64,000 nt of DNA from Octopus vulgaris (lineage: Eukaryota). The position numbers and the translations under genes are program-made. Shown here piece by piece: positions 14,585-28,544 of the stretch. Each line of letters starts with the position of its first letter. Positions within the stretch are counted from its first letter, which is position 1. The DNA is taken from contig OX597821.1 of NCBI GenBank assembly GCA_951406725.2, forward strand, positions 104,780,001-104,844,000, read 5' to 3'. Under the pieces are notes generated by a model. It saw nothing but the letters and a program-made list of their open reading frames with translations, was not told the DNA's origin and ran no database searches.

Positions 14585-14667
14585 ATGGAACCATGTGGAA
14601 CACTGATAGTTTTCCTGAACAACAACAACAACAGCAACCACAACAATAATAGTAATAATAATAATAA

Positions 14668-14705
14668 TTGACGTGGCAGCGTCCAGGAGATCAATATATC
14701 ATCAT

Positions 14706-14753
<48 letters not shown>

Positions 14754-15068
14754 TGATAAATATGGAAACCTGAGAATTGAGATGGCTCAGATGTGGCAGC
14801 TAAGTGATTCAAGCATAAAGGTTATACCTTTTGTCATAGGAGCATTGGGTTCAATACCACCCAATGTGAAAAAAAAAAGAAAAACTCTGAGAACTTTAGA
14901 AATATCCAAAAATATAGGTGTATTGTAAAAGTCGGCATTACTTGGAACTGCATGCATATTTCGTAGAGTATTGTGTGTCTGAGTTACTCTTTGTGATATG
15001 GCAAACAGTACAGACCCCCAGTAGACACGACCTCACGATATTGTATACTGTGCGACGTCTATAATAAT
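14668..15068 (+). mobile_element. Dong/R4-clade 3' fragment (RLE domain) between (AAT)n tracts
   Basis: PGDQYII..EKVDKYGNLRIEMAQMWQL...VIPFVIGALGSIP and KSALLGTACIFRRVL; starts right after an (AAT)n tract and ends in ataataat. Confidence 0.85.
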
Positions 15069-15074
15069 CATCCT

Positions 15075-15270
15075 TTCTATAAAAACGTACCAGTCCTGAC
15101 ATTTAGAGGAGGGAGACCTGTCGATTTCAGCGATCCCATATCTTCACTGGTACTTAATTTATCGAAACCAAAGTCGGCCACGGTGTAATTTGAACTCAGA
15201 AGGGAAAGCTGAGTGAAAGGCCAACTAAGCATTTCGCAATTTTAAGTATCATTAGTACTGCCATTATTGG
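15075..15270 (-). mobile_element. SINE family A copy (diverged)
   Basis: ctggtacttaatttatcga, aatttgaactcagaa and aagcatttcgc motifs. Confidence 0.6.
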
Positions 15271-15337
15271 AGTTGCTTCTGATGTTGCTGTTATAATAAT
15301 AATAATTATTATTATTATAATGATGATGATGATGATA

Positions 15338-15393
<56 letters not shown>

Positions 15394-15424
15394 GATGATG
15401 ATGATGATGATGATGATGATAATA

Positions 15425-15468
<44 letters not shown>

Positions 15469-15964
15469 TATTATTATTATTATTATTATCATTATGACCA
15501 TTATTATGATCATCATGATAATCATCGTCATCGTCATCATCATCATCATTATCATTATTATATTTATTTTATCATAATGAGATCGTTATCAAAAAATAAT
15601 GATTATTTTGAGCATCAATATTTTATTTTTATATTTATCAATTCATTACTTCATTGAAGTGAAATGAATTCAATGATAAATCTATATGACAAGGGGTTTA
15701 TGTCGGAAAATATCAATTCAGAAAATAGAATAAATAATACGAAGGAAAGTCTGTGCAGCTTTCAAATTTTTTTTAATGCTTTATTCAATTATTCAGTGAA
15801 TGGAAATGTCTATTGGGAGACTCTACTGCAAATTGTAATACACAAAGCGGTCACAGAATTCATTGCGTAAATACGAGAGCGAGTGCATATTCACTTAGCC
15901 GCCTACATACATGCATACGTGCACACATACATATATATATAATCAAGCATACATAGACACATAC

Positions 15965-16001
<37 letters not shown>

Positions 16002-16011
16002 TATGAACGCT

Positions 16012-16085
<74 letters not shown>

Positions 16086-16273
16086 TGTATTTATTTGAAT
16101 GAGTATTTCTGTGATCTCTTTATATTGTTTAAATTGTAAATGATTTGAATATCGTATATGCGCAGCTGCGTGTATTGTCATAAACATACACATGCTCGCA
16201 TACACGAACACACAAGACAAGCAGAGTGGAAGACACGCACACGCACACACACTTATATGTACATACATACAGA

Positions 16274-16317
<44 letters not shown>

Positions 16318-16931
16318 TATACATATATATATATATGTATGTATATATACATACACATATATGTATGTATGCATGAATACATGCCACATAGTAGATCTAA
16401 TTTGAATATAATAATATTCAAAGATGTAAAAATAGTTTGACCATTTGTGAAAATATTTGTGTGATTCTCAAAATATATTCCATTTCATGTCATTTTCCTG
16501 ATATATTTAGAAAGGCTCAGGAATTTAAATGAAGATACCATCGATGAATTATCTGAGGAGGATCCGCGGGGATTAAAAATTAATGTAACGTAAACAAAGT
16601 TCTCTGTAAAATTTCAAAACAGCATGATTTCATAAAATTTCAAGAAGCACAAAGATTATAATGGCGTATATATATATATATATATATATATATGCTTTTT
16701 GAAGATTTATATAGATTTACACGCATGCATTCACAATTATATATGTACTTACCATAGGTTGTGAAGACTGAAATATAACAACACCGGTTGTGTAGTGCTT
16801 GTTGCGGTGGTTGTAGTGCTTGTTGCACCAAAGTAACAACACGCGAATACATATCTTTATATATCCTGCTGGTTTCCCGCTAACATATTTATTATAACTG
16901 TTCTTTTGTCTAAGATGCCTATACATACATA

Positions 16932-17100
16932 CGATGTTGGTGTGTTTAAGTGCATGTAACTTAGCGGCTCGGCAGAAGAGATTGATGGAATAAGTACCAG
17001 ACTTACAAAGAATAAGTCGAGGTGGCAATGTTTTAGGCTAAAAGGCGATGCTCCAACATGACTCCCATTAAATGAGTGAAACAAGTAAAAGGATAAAAGA
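16932..17100 (+). mobile_element. SINE family B 3' half
   Basis: cgatgttggtgtgttt...acttagcggctcggca...gtgaaacaagtaaaag matches family B. Confidence 0.75.
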
Positions 17101-17131
17101 ATATATATATATATACACAGACACACTTATG

Positions 17132-17183
<52 letters not shown>

Positions 17184-17970
17184 TATATGTATATGTATGT
17201 ATATATATATGCATATATATATATATATATATATTTAATTATATATATATATATATATGTATAGATGCACATACATGCATGTGTTTGCATGTGATTATAT
17301 AGATTATATAACGTATATATGTCTATATATATATATATCTGAGTGCTTATATAGTACTGGCAACATATTTAAAACAGTTTCTGTATTTAATAAAAATTTT
17401 AAAAATCTACTTCCCGTCAGTCCGTTTGGTGATAACTAAACTATTATCTGTGTTCCTCGAGTTTAAATTCTATTAGTTTCGTTTGGAAATATTCAGAAAA
17501 TAATTTACTGAATGTGTAGAAAATTATCTCCAATAGTTAATAGGAATTTCAGAAAAAAAACCCAATCATTTAAACAAAAGTAATCTAAGATTTGAAAAAA
17601 TGATGGGGTAGGTTTGGCGCATTGATACACCCTGGCGTACACTACTGCAATCTCAACAAAATTATCACCTCTTCCACTAGCATCCACATCCGCACCTCAC
17701 AATCACCAACACAGGTGGCACCAACGTTTAAAACACAAACACAGCATAATTCACACACCTAACAATACGAACATAATTAAGTAATAATTAAATACAAGAT
17801 TCCAAATATCCAAAAATGTATTCGAATCCATCAGCAAATGTACCAACGCTGTACCAACAAATGTACCAACATTATTCGCAAGCATCACACAATGTACCAA
17901 CATCAGATTAACAATTAGTTTACTGGCCCACATTAAATTCATTAAGATATCATTATATTCCTACAAAAAA

Positions 17971-18203
17971 GAGGCGGCGAGCTGGCAGACACGTTAGCAC
18001 GCCGAGCGGAATGCTTAGCGGTATTTCGCCTGTCGTTACGTTCTGAGTTCAAATTCCGCCGAGGTCGACTTTGCCTTTCATCCTTTCGAGGTCGATAAAT
18101 AAAAGTACCAGTTTCGCACTGGGTCGATGTAATCGACTTAATCCCTTTGTCTGTCCTTGTTTGTCCTCTCTATGTTTAGACCGTTGTGGGCAATAAAGAA
18201 ATA
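17971..18203 (+). mobile_element. SINE family A, full-length, with 13-bp TSD
   Basis: tRNA-like head (gagctggcagacacg A box, gagttcaaattcc B box), central gcctttcatcctttcgaggtcgataaa..agtaccag domain, tail ..aaagaaata. TSD tatattcctacaa at 17954-17966 and 18204-18216. Confidence 0.9.
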
Positions 18204-18399
18204 TATATTCCTACAATATGTGAAAAACGTATCTTATTTCCATTGTTATAATGGGAAGTTTCTGAAGTTATATCAACAAAAGACACGTTCAAAACTCTCC
18301 GCTGAAAAGGAACACCGTTGCTGCGTGAAAAAATGTTAGTGCTGTTGTCTTATTTTCTTTCTAGCCTTATCTAGAATATGCAATGTAGACACACGACAA

Positions 18400-18550
18400 C
18401 TGGGGTAACTGTAGAATTATGTGAGCTGCTCCAAAGTGGCGAGGAACATGTGATGGAGTTGCAGTGTTCTTTCCGATAGGTCATGGTTTTATGATACACA
18501 CTATCAAGCTGGACCCCAAAGATATATTAGTGTTACTGTTCGTGTCTTGT
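18400..18550 (+). mobile_element. Probable L1/Tx1-type APE endonuclease fragment
   Basis: GVAVFFPIGHGFMIHTIKLDPKDILVLLFV resembles the APE motif GVAIL...I..DPxGRxL; short and decayed. Confidence 0.35.
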
Positions 18551-19077
18551 TAAGAAGACAATACCCGAATCCCGACCAAAGTGTGCAGTCATTCCAAATA
18601 ATCTAGAAATTTATTCAGCCACAAACCACTGTACTTATTTACATGGATTTGAAAACGGGAACTTGAGAGTAAGACGGAATTTGCAAACTGAACACAAACA
18701 GGTGAAATACCGATAAGCATTTTCCCGACGTGCTAAAGTTTTTTGCCAGACGCCGCCTTTTCCATATTAGTCTGACACACACCATGTTCATTTTTGTAGA
18801 ATATTTTTGTGATTTAGTTGGAACAGGTCAAATTTGGTTCTGGATCAATTCTGGCATGCTTAAGTCATTTAGATAACACAGTGTAATTACCTTCGGTATC
18901 TTTTTTAGCATAATTAATATCCCTGAAACTATTTTCAGTCATTCACTCATGAATACAGATAGATCTATATGTATATGTGCGTTGGGGTATGTTTATATAC
19001 ACACACAAACACACACACACACACACATACATGCACACACTTACACACACTCACATAGATATATAGTATGTTTATAT

Positions 19078-19158
<81 letters not shown>

Positions 19159-19601
19159 TAGTGTAAATTTATAAACAAAAAAGTGACCCCCTTATAGGAC
19201 ACCAGGCATGTTGGAAGGAACAGTCAAAGTCCAAATCACGGTTAAGAGTAATCTCGAAAGGGATGTATAATAAAATCATTTTCAATAGTCCCCACGTGTA
19301 CCTAGGCTTCCGACATTAATGAACAAATAAAATGATATGTTATCCGTGTTCATCATCAGCAAGGGCGCTAATAATTAACATATAATTATGGGACAAGTAG
19401 AGACCACGTTTCTCAACTTTGTACATTATAATTTTTTTCCAAATATCCTTATTCACAGTCCATGATTTTTTATTAATTTTATTATGGGTTAGAATCGACA
19501 CAAATGTATGCAATTTGTATTTAATATGTATTATATTATATTATTATAAGAATATAGCATAATATGGTATAATGTTAATAAATTTTAATTTTTGAATTGT
19601 T

Positions 19602-19710
<109 letters not shown>

Positions 19711-20888
19711 AGCATACATGCACAAACATACACACATATATCTAACACGGCTATTTGAGGGAATTATCACCGCCGCTCTAATTCGCAACCTAGCGTCAAA
19801 CATGAGAATGCTTGGTCGACAATTCGATATTGTTTACGGAATCAGCGCTGTTTCTGATCAATATTTCAGCACACACAAACACAGAGACGTAGCCAAACAC
19901 ACACACACATACGTGAACACACTTACACACACTCACATACATATATAGTCATGAATAATACATTCACATACAAACGTATGTATTTGCGATATATTTTCAC
20001 TGGAAGTGAGAAACAGGGAGAAAGAGGGAGAGCGTGGGAAGAGAGGAAGTTGGTTTGTCTCTATTTATATCGCATGTAATCAAGTTTCATCTTGAAATTA
20101 TTGAGATGAATTAAAACAAACAAGTCACACGAAAATAGAGACGTTATTTTTGAAATTTCTTCTCACAAAAATATTTACGTTTATATTTTCATTTCATATG
20201 CTTCACATATTGCGTGGGGGATTTGTTTATTTTCAGTATTTCAAATATTCTAATATTTAGTAGGGTATCAAATTCTTTGTATTAAACATTGTATGCGATA
20301 CATAGAATTCTTTCAGCCGTAATCAATAATCACTTGGTTTATGAATTGCACTCAGAAAGTCTCTTCTACTGAGTATCTAGGCATAAAGTCTTATCTTGTC
20401 TAGTAAATAAGCAGCACGAAAGAGCGTGTAGAAAGCCGATTTCTGTATAGCGTTAGTGAATATACTGTGTGTAGATTTGTAGGACGGTACGTTTTGTTTT
20501 TTTATATTTTTCGCCTTCATTTTTCTTCTTTTCTATTTTAAATATCATTATTTCATTTCTCTCTCGTGTCCAATCAGATCTTCAGTCTGCCATACATACT
20601 AGGTTCAACAAATAATGTATTTTCACAGTTAAATGAATGCGCAGAAATTAAGTTGGGTATGCTCAAATTAAGGGTGTTAACATTGCTGGACGGTATCTGG
20701 TTGCTAGCCACAACTATTGTATTTGTAAATAGCAAGATAATTAGGCTCCTGAAATCTTGTGTAAGACTTATTGGGGTAACTCAGTTTGTGAGAATCCATT
20801 TTAATTCTCTCTGATTTTAAGATTGTTCACTGAAGTATAAATATTCGTGTATATAACACACACAAACGCACACACTCATACACATATA

Positions 20889-20960
<72 letters not shown>

Positions 20961-20963
<3 letters not shown>

Positions 20964-21163
20964 TCTCTTTTTTACTCTTTTACTTGTTTCAGTCATTTGC
21001 GCCATGCTGGAGCACCGCCTTTAATTGCAACTCGACCCCGAGACTTATTCTTTTGGAAGCCCAGTACTATTCTATCGGTCTCTTTTGCCGAACCGCTAAG
21101 TAACGGGGACATAAACACACCAGCATCGGTTGTCAAGCAATGCTAGGGGGACAAACACACACA

Positions 21164-21220
<57 letters not shown>

Positions 21221-21384
21221 TATATACGACGGGCTTCTTTCAGTTTCCGTCTACCAAATCCACTCACAAGACTTTGGTCGGCCCGAGGCTATTGTAGAAG
21301 ACACTTGTCCAAGGTGCCACGCAGTGGGACTGAACCCAGAAGCACGTGGTTGGTAAACAAGCTACTTACTACACAGCCACTCCT
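20961..21384 (-). mobile_element. SINE family B, full-length, with internal (AT)n
   Basis: Minus-strand head ggagtggctgtgtagtaag...gggttcagtcccac, gtggcaccttggacaagtgtct segment, internal microsatellite, tail aagtaaaagagtaaaa. Confidence 0.9.
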
Positions 21385-22659
21385 TTATATACATATAAAT
21401 TTTTTTAATAATATATTATTATTGATATTAGGAAATCAATACCAAAACTCCTCAGAAAGATATACGCGTGTGAAAAATAATTGCTGTATTAAAAATATGT
21501 ACATAATTAAATATAAATATGTATAAAATATACGTAAATGTATATAAGTATAAATATATAAGGTATATGACAGTTTAAAAGTTTTGAATTAATTATTTAA
21601 AGCATCTGTGCTTGCTGATATATATATATATATATACATACGTAACTATAAACATATATGTACGTATATAGTGACATGTATATCTATCTATCCATGTATC
21701 TATTTATCTCGTTATACACACACTCACACACACAAAGATATAGGTTGATAGACAGATGATAGATAGATATGCTCCTAAAGTGCAACGAAGAAAGAGGTCT
21801 TTTTATTACAGCATTATAAATTTCATAACATTTAAGCATATTTTACTGGTGAATACGAGTATTTTATTCGGTAGTTTATAAAGCTTTTATTGTGTTACTA
21901 GAATCCATCCAAGTTCTGCCGTTGCTCTGGGACCCCGCCAATACTAATTTCTACTGCAACAACGGAACGAGAGAGTCTTCTGCATTTGGCTTCTCCGTGA
22001 ATGGGAGAATAAGATGTAGCAGCATTACATTGAAATTCTTGCCAAATGAATAAATTTACACCAATTTCCGTATGTCTCTCATGTTCTTTGGCAAGGTATC
22101 GAGGAGAAACTGCACCTTAAACGATTTTAGTTTGTGTTCTTAGTTTTAATAGCAAAAGTTGGATTCTACGAATCGCCGCATTAACGAACAGTTCGCTGTT
22201 TCAAATAGCTGGCAGCAGAGACGTTCAGCGATATCCTTATATCTGTGTGCTTTTACACACGATTGGCTCTGTGTGTGTTTAGTTTATGCAAGTATTGATG
22301 TAGAATTGGTGAGTTCAGTTTAAATGTTGCAGAGAATTTTGATGAGATAACGGGATAGTAAGTGATCACTAGCCGGATAACTTTTTTTCTGGAGACGTGT
22401 AGGGGCCTTATTTACCGTCGTAAAGTAAAGAACGAGAGACAAACTGCAAAATACAGAAACAGTCTGTAAGGTGCGCCCTGAATTTTCAGTTAAATTGTTT
22501 GTGTTATTGTTTATACATATTCTTTCTTGCATATCAAGTACTATAGCCTCCGGCCGGTAACTGCTTTTGTGTGTTTGCTAGAGAAATATTATGGACGCCA
22601 TTATCATAAAAATAGGTTTTATCTTTATACGTACCCGAGTCTGGAAAAGTCTGTATCAT

Positions 22660-23155
22660 TTCGATAAGTGTTTGTTTGTGTATATATGTGTGTGTGCGTA
22701 CGTTTGTATGTGAGTGTGCGTGTGTTTGTGTGCGTACATGTGTTTGTGTGGTGTGTTTGTGTGTGTGCGTGTGTAGGTTTGTAGGTGTGTATTTGTACGT
22801 ATGTGCGTGCGTGCGTGTTTTTGTGTATGTATTTGCGCGTGTGCGAGTGTATGTGCGCGCGCGCGTGTGTGTGTGTATGTGTGCGTGTGCGTGCGTGTGT
22901 GTGCCTGTGTGTCTGTGAGTTCGTATGTATGTATGTGTATGCGTGTATCTGTGTGTGCTTGAGGGTGTGCCTGTGTGTATAAGGAGTGTGTGTTTGAGTG
23001 TTTGAGTTTCTGTGTATACATGTCTATATGTGTATGTGTGTGTGTGCATGTGCGTGTGTATGTTGGTGCATGTATGCATATGTGTGCGTATGTATATATA
23101 TATGTGTGTATGTGAGTATGCGTGTTTGTTCGTGTGCGCATTTGTATATATGTGC
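22660..23155. repeat. Long degenerate (GT)n/(GC)n microsatellite
   Basis: Directly visible; source of the 207-aa and 161-aa spurious ORFs. Confidence 0.9.
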
Positions 23156-23649
23156 ATCTGATTGCTATGTATTAGTTTCTCACTGCCTTTTAATTAACAT
23201 TGTCTCAATGAATTTTTTATACCAGCGGTTCGGAAATAAGCCGATAAAATGACCAACAAATACAGAAATATATTAGGGTCGTCGATTTGTTTGATTAAAT
23301 CCTTCAGCCATTTCATTGAAACCTGATCAGACACTAACAACATGGCTGAATACTGACTGTATGAAAAGATAAAAAAGATATATCGAATATGAAATGAATT
23401 GAACACTTTAATATATTGTATTATTTGACTAGAAACATTTGTATCCTATTATTTCTGAAGCGCATCTAAACAAGTAAATTATTACAACACACAAAAGCGT
23501 ATATTATCCTACTATATCCATTTATTCGAATACATTCCAAGCGTTACAAATGCATTTAATCTTCCGTCTGGGGCCAGATATTGAAAAATATACTATATTA
23601 CACCGAATTTGTGTGACACTGATAAACAGAAAGCCAACCAATATATATT

Positions 23650-24018
23650 ATTTTATTCTTTTACTGGTCGCGGTTAGTAGACTGTAGTAACGCTGGAACA
23701 CCACTTCTAAGAAGAAATATAGGCGTAGGAATCGACTTCTGTGTGTATTTTTAAAGCCTGATACTTATTCTTGCAGTGTCTTCTGACGAAACGCTCGACT
23801 GCGGGGACGTAAACACACGTACAGCGTTTAGCAGTTTGACGGCGACAGGAAGCCAACACAGACACATACATGCATGTGAGGTTCCAAATTCTGTTGAACA
23901 AATCGACTCGCACTGTTTAGTTGGGTGAGGCCATTATAGAAGACACTTACGCAGTGAGTAGGGCCTGGCCCCGGAAGCATGTAGTTGTCGGGCAAACTTC
24001 TTAAGTACAAATCCACAG
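23650..24018 (-). mobile_element. SINE family B copy (old, diverged)
   Basis: gcggggacgtaaacacac and ccattatagaagacactt motifs in family-B order. Confidence 0.6.
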
Positions 24019-24787
24019 AAGGTACCTCTAAGCTCGAAAACATTTTGAGGAAACATGAAGAAAACGATATTCGGAATTAAATGTTGCAACTGCTGTTATT
24101 TTGGACGCGTCGTGTTTTAATTACAAGAAAATGTAGTTTGTGAAGAATTGGATTTCACTGAAAAACATTTTGGAATATCTATTTAAGCTTTACTATACGT
24201 AGAATTATTTTCTAAATCAGAAGAAGATTTTTTTCTCCGCATTGTATTTCACCAAGATATCACAATCCCAGACGATATAAGTTTCGAATATCAATGTCAT
24301 TTTATTCATATATATTGAGACGCTACTATATAATAAATTGTATATTTATATGCATTAATTGTCTACTGACGTGAACAATGTTATATTTTCTCAAGTTAAA
24401 GTGTAAAATAAATAATAAATTTAAAAATGGGTCGATTGCTAACCTGTTAATATCTATATAAATCTTGTCGATGAATTTGTGGTAGCTAAATAAAGTGTTT
24501 AGCAAGTGACTGTTATTGCGTAAATGTGAATGTAAGTTTATGCAATACATACATGCATACATACATGCATGCACATATAATTACATACACATGTAAATCT
24601 ATGGATGTATATTTATATGTGTATATATATAAAGAGAAAGAGAGAGAAGTAGATAGATAGTTAGATGGATAGACAGAGAGATAGTTATGGCGTCTCTCTC
24701 AGAACAGAAGAAATCGCTAAAAATATAAATTTTATTCAAAATTGGAACTATCCATTTTTTAATACATATAAATCTACATACATACAT

Positions 24788-24867
<80 letters not shown>

Positions 24868-24887
24868 ATATATATATATATGCATAT

Positions 24888-24917
<30 letters not shown>

Positions 24918-24921
<4 letters not shown>

Positions 24922-25759
24922 CTAAAGTAGGATAACATTTTTTCCGAAAAATATTCATTTCTCAAAAAATTTTATCAATGGCCAGCATATTAAAAAGTAC
25001 CTTTAAAGTTAAATTTACTCTGTGAAAGCATCAGTTAAAATCGCACGTGCCTCGAATGGGCTGGAGTATTTGTATTTTGGATGTATTTGGGGTATTTAAT
25101 TGTGCTCATGACTTAGTGATTGCTTCTTCCATGGGTATGAGTAAGTATCTCATTAATTTCTTTTGCCACATGTATCACATAAGAAGGGAGGGCTGTTATA
25201 AGCTAACCCTGAAATCGGTCCGATATGGTAATGATGGAATTTTTTAGAAATTTCTGTCGACCTTTTTTCGAGTAGCGTGCGTATTGTGAAACAATTATAT
25301 GGTTAATGGACAATATGTCCAATTTTTCGGCATATTTGGCATTAGAAATTTTTTCGTTTGCCCTTATTTATCAATTGTTTATAAATTTAACCTTTAAAGG
25401 TATATTTTTATATGCTGGCCATTGATAAAATTTTTTTGAAATGAATTTTTTTCGAAAAAATTTTATCCTACATTAGATATAAATTTAAGCGTTCGCTTCC
25501 GGACTCTCACTCTGTGAAAGCATCAGTTCAAATCGCACGTGTCTCGAATGGGCTGGAGTATTTGTATTTTGGATGTATTTGGGGTACTTAATTGTGCTCA
25601 TGAATGAGCGTTTGCTTCTTCCATGGGTATGAGTATGTATATCATTTATTTCTTTTATTTTGCCACATGTATCACTGACGAGTAGCGTGCGTATTGTGAA
25701 AATATTATATGGTTAATGGACAATATGTCCAATTTTTCGACATATTTGGCATTAGAAAT
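24918..25759. repeat. Unclassified repeat with an inverted segment plus a tandem partial duplication
   Basis: 24918-25017 is the inverted copy of 25382-25480. 25018-25350 is directly repeated at 25510-25759, the second copy lacking ~90 bp. Confidence 0.85.
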
Positions 25760-25768
25760 ATTATATAT

Positions 25769-25826
<58 letters not shown>

Positions 25827-25828
25827 GT

Positions 25829-26124
25829 GTGGAGGCGACAATGGCCTAGTGGTTACGGCAGCGGACTCACGGTTTCGATTCCCAGACCGGGCGTTGTGTG
25901 TGTTTATTGAGCGAAAACACCTAAAAAGCTCCACGAGAGGCTCCGGCAGTGGGTGGTGATCCCTGCCGTACTCTTTCACCACTATTTCTCCCACTCTTTC
26001 TTCTGTTGGCCTGCTCGCATAGCCAGTGGGGTGGCGTCATTCGAAGGCTAAAACAATGCGAACGCATTGTGACCAGCGATGTGTAACAACATCTGATGGC
26101 CTGGTCGGTCACGTGATCACGTGA
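25829..26124 (+). mobile_element. SINE family C copy (tRNA-derived head)
   Basis: tggcctagtggtta A box, gtttcgattccc B box; shares its head with 30679-30984 and its tail with 34283-34492. Confidence 0.8.
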
Positions 26125-26135
26125 TATATATATAT

Positions 26136-26230
<95 letters not shown>

Positions 26231-27453
26231 TATGTGTATGTATTTGCGTATGTGTGTGTCTATGTCTTTGTGTGTGCATGAATGGTTATGCCTCTGGGTC
26301 TTTTATGCCATGACATATTTTCCTTTTATGCATCTGATATTCAGTTACATGACACCAGATCTCAATATGTTCCCGTAACTAGAATCATGTGATGGAATAT
26401 AGAGTATACGTATGTGTATATATGTGTGTATCAATATATATATATATATATTATATTATATTATATTATACTGTTCGGGGTGATCTTTCGAAACATATGT
26501 AGTATACAGCAAATATATATAAAAGTAACATGTAAAAGTACTTATTTATTAGTAAATTAATTTCTTTTAGTAGTGTATTTTTATAGTCTGTGTGTCTCTG
26601 TATTGTAAAATAATAAATATCTAGCTGCCAAAATTTTGAAGTTATTGACTCTGTCTATGCAAGTGTATTCTGTACTCACGTCCCTAATTGGGAAGCTAGA
26701 TAGAATGTTTGTAGGAATAACCAGATTAGAAATAACCCGACGGTGCAACATGTCAATGGTTTACAAAGTAGCGGTAGCAATCGCACTTTTTTTATCTACG
26801 TTATTGGCCATATACAATAAGTTCACAATATATTCGATATGCAATATATAAGGAAGATAAGAATGTGCAAAATTCTAAAATGCCAATATATATGAACCGA
26901 AGAGAGATAATGCGTTCAAAGACCAAATCATTATAGTAACGAGAGATATAACAACTTCGGGGATAAATATTTGTGGTGTGTAAAAATGTCTAGTCCAAAT
27001 CGAGTATTGTTTACAATTATGTTAACAGATGCTACTAGAGTTATTATTTTAAGATTATACATGTTTTAATCCACATTTCCTTTGTTAATGAGTGCATATA
27101 TAGAAAGAAAGTAATATCGTTCTTCAGGTTCTTCATAAATAATGATCTATTCATATAAAATTATGCACGTTGAAAACAAAAAAAAAACATGCAACCAAGT
27201 CTAGAAAATAATTAGGATTCAGAGTTATATCCACAAGCATAGGCTGTTCTAATTCATATAGTTTTGTAGATGCAAATTTTAATGCTGAGTATCTTTCTCT
27301 ACTTAACAGTCATGTTTATCACAGACACACACGGTATAAAGTTTCATCAAATTAACTGGAAAATAGCTTACTGCTTTACACAACATGTATTACTTTGTAC
27401 AGAAAGCTAATTAAGGTCAAAATAATTTCAAAATTAATTACGCCCACAGAGAA

Positions 27454-27630
27454 TACAGTTCTATATTTAAGAGATAAGGAATTATGCACGTTATTTACAT
27501 TTGACGGATATTTATCTTCATCTTGCTTGTTGTTAACACCCTTTCGGCTGATATACCCTCCAGCCTTCATCTGGTGTCTTGGGGAAATTTCGGACCTGGG
27601 TTTTCATTCCTAAGATATTGTTGTTGTTGA

Positions 27631-27699
<69 letters not shown>

Positions 27700-27788
27700 T
27701 ATTCAGGTCACTGCACCATATGCCCACGAGCATATGGCGTAGTCCGATTCCAGTCGGTGAGCTGGATAACAACAACAACAACAACACC

Positions 27789-27852
<64 letters not shown>

Positions 27853-27998
27853 TCGGAAAATACGTTAGGAATGAGAATCCATGTTCGAAATTTTCCCAAG
27901 ACACCTGATAAAGGCTGGAGGTTATATCAGCCGAAACGTTGTGTTAACAACAAACAAGATGAGGACAAATATCTGTCAAGTATAAATAATGTAAATAA
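27454..27998. mobile_element. Palindromic (head-to-head) copy of the tRNA/hammerhead repeat
   Basis: Left arm 27454-27723 (minus) and right arm 27730-27998 (plus) are inverted copies around ccatatgc-ccacga-gcatatgg (27716-27737). Each arm has (AAT)n and a hammerhead fold. Confidence 0.9.
27901..27944 (+). ncRNA. Minimal type I hammerhead ribozyme motif (one core substitution in this copy)
   Basis: ACAC-CUGAUAA-A-GGCUG-gagguuauau-CAGCC-GAAA-C-GUU-GUGU: stem I ACAC/GUGU, stem II GGCUG/CAGCC, loopless palindromic stem III ACGU, NUH = GUU. Confidence 0.7.
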
Positions 27999-28438
27999 TG
28001 ACCACAGAAACCTTAATATCTGCTCTCTTAGCTCCATATATTTGCCTAAAATGTTTTGTGTAATGATCCATAAACTTATTCGGAAAAGGCACAAATATGT
28101 TTTAGGAATAATTAGTTCAAGATGAAATCCCAGAAACAAAGATGTAGGTTTTGCTTGAGCTATGTTGCTAAAGTGATAACATTAATATCTGGATGCTATT
28201 AGCGCGGAGACAGAGAGACTAAGACGCATTATATTTCTGAATGCAACTTACTGTCTGATACACAAGCTTACATGGAACCCGATATGCTATGTATATTTTT
28301 GTATTCAATTACGTATATCGCACTACAGATATTAGTTATGTTATCATAATGAGCATGATTGCTATTTTGTTAATGTTCGACATAGTATCATATGAAATTC
28401 TATTCTTTAACAATTACACACATACACACACACACATT

Positions 28439-28502
<64 letters not shown>

Positions 28503-28544
28503 TAAATATAAATATATATATATATATAAAGAGAGAGTTTACCA

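Noticed and set aside
25481-25535. Three-way-junction fold on the minus strand (ctgat-gctttc...ggaagc-gaac)
   Set aside because: It lacks the CUGANGA and GAAA..UH core.
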